From: Octopus bimaculoides
Taxonomy: Eukaryota
NCBI RefSeq assembly: GCF_001194135.2
Contig: NC_068993.1
Location: forward strand, 6,091,217 to 6,155,216
DNA: 64,000 bases
Reading direction: 5' to 3'
The position numbers were made by a program, and so were the translations under genes. Positions 63,552 to 64,000 of this stretch are shown piece after piece. Within the stretch, counting starts at the first letter, position 1; every line of letters begins with the position of its first letter. A model generated the notes under the pieces. That model saw only the letters and a list, made by a program, of their open reading frames with translations, did no database searches and had not been told where the DNA came from.

Positions 63552-64000
63552 NNNNNNNNNNNNNNNNNNNNNNNNNNNNNNNNNNNNNNNNNNNNNNNNN
63601 NNNNNNNNNNNNNNNNNNNNNNNNNNNNNNNNNNNNNNNNNNNNNNNNNNNNNNNNNNNNNNNNNNNNNNNNNNNNNNNNNNNNNNNNNNNNNNNNNNNN
63701 NNNNNNNNNNNNNNNNNNNNNNNNNNNNNNNNNNNNNNNNNNNNNNNNNNNNNNNNNNNNNNNNNNNNNNNNNNNNNNNNNNNNNNNNNNNNNNNNNNNN
63801 NNNNNNNNNNNNNNNNNNNNNNNNNNNNNNNNNNNNNNNNNNNNNNNNNNNNNNNNNNNNNNNNNNNNNNNNNNNNNNNNNNNNNNNNNNNNNNNNNNNN
63901 NNNNNNNNNNNNTATATATATACACACTTATGTGTATGTATGCAATTTGTCCCTCACCAAATATCAAGACGGTATGTTTTTAAGTGCACTAACCGAAACA

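Overview
AT-rich, repeat-dense eukaryotic DNA. It has 22 assembly gaps totalling about 9 kb of N, and most are flanked by (TA)n, (CA)n, (TAA)n, (GA)n, (GATA)n or (ATGT)n microsatellites. The SINE families resemble, from recall and not from a search, those of Octopus, most likely a short-read O. bimaculoides-type assembly. No host gene can be named. Nearly all ORFs in the supplied track are microsatellite or N read-through artefacts. All recognisable coding sequence is decayed transposon: two R4/Dong-like RLE non-LTR 3' ends, three RTE-clade 3' fragments (one with three C2H2 fingers), two Tx1/L1-clade fragments, a mariner transposase 5' end and a pogo/Tigger DDE fragment. There are also three TIR-bearing MITEs and more than 30 tRNA-headed SINE copies or fragments in three working families (A, B, C). 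The window reads as intronic or intergenic. The best leads are an 11-nt microexon candidate, several unassigned exon candidates, a 5' splice site locked in a hairpin, (TAA)n-associated RLE elements, a SINE-LINE chimera and an inverted SINE head. I found no convincing new multi-gene system.
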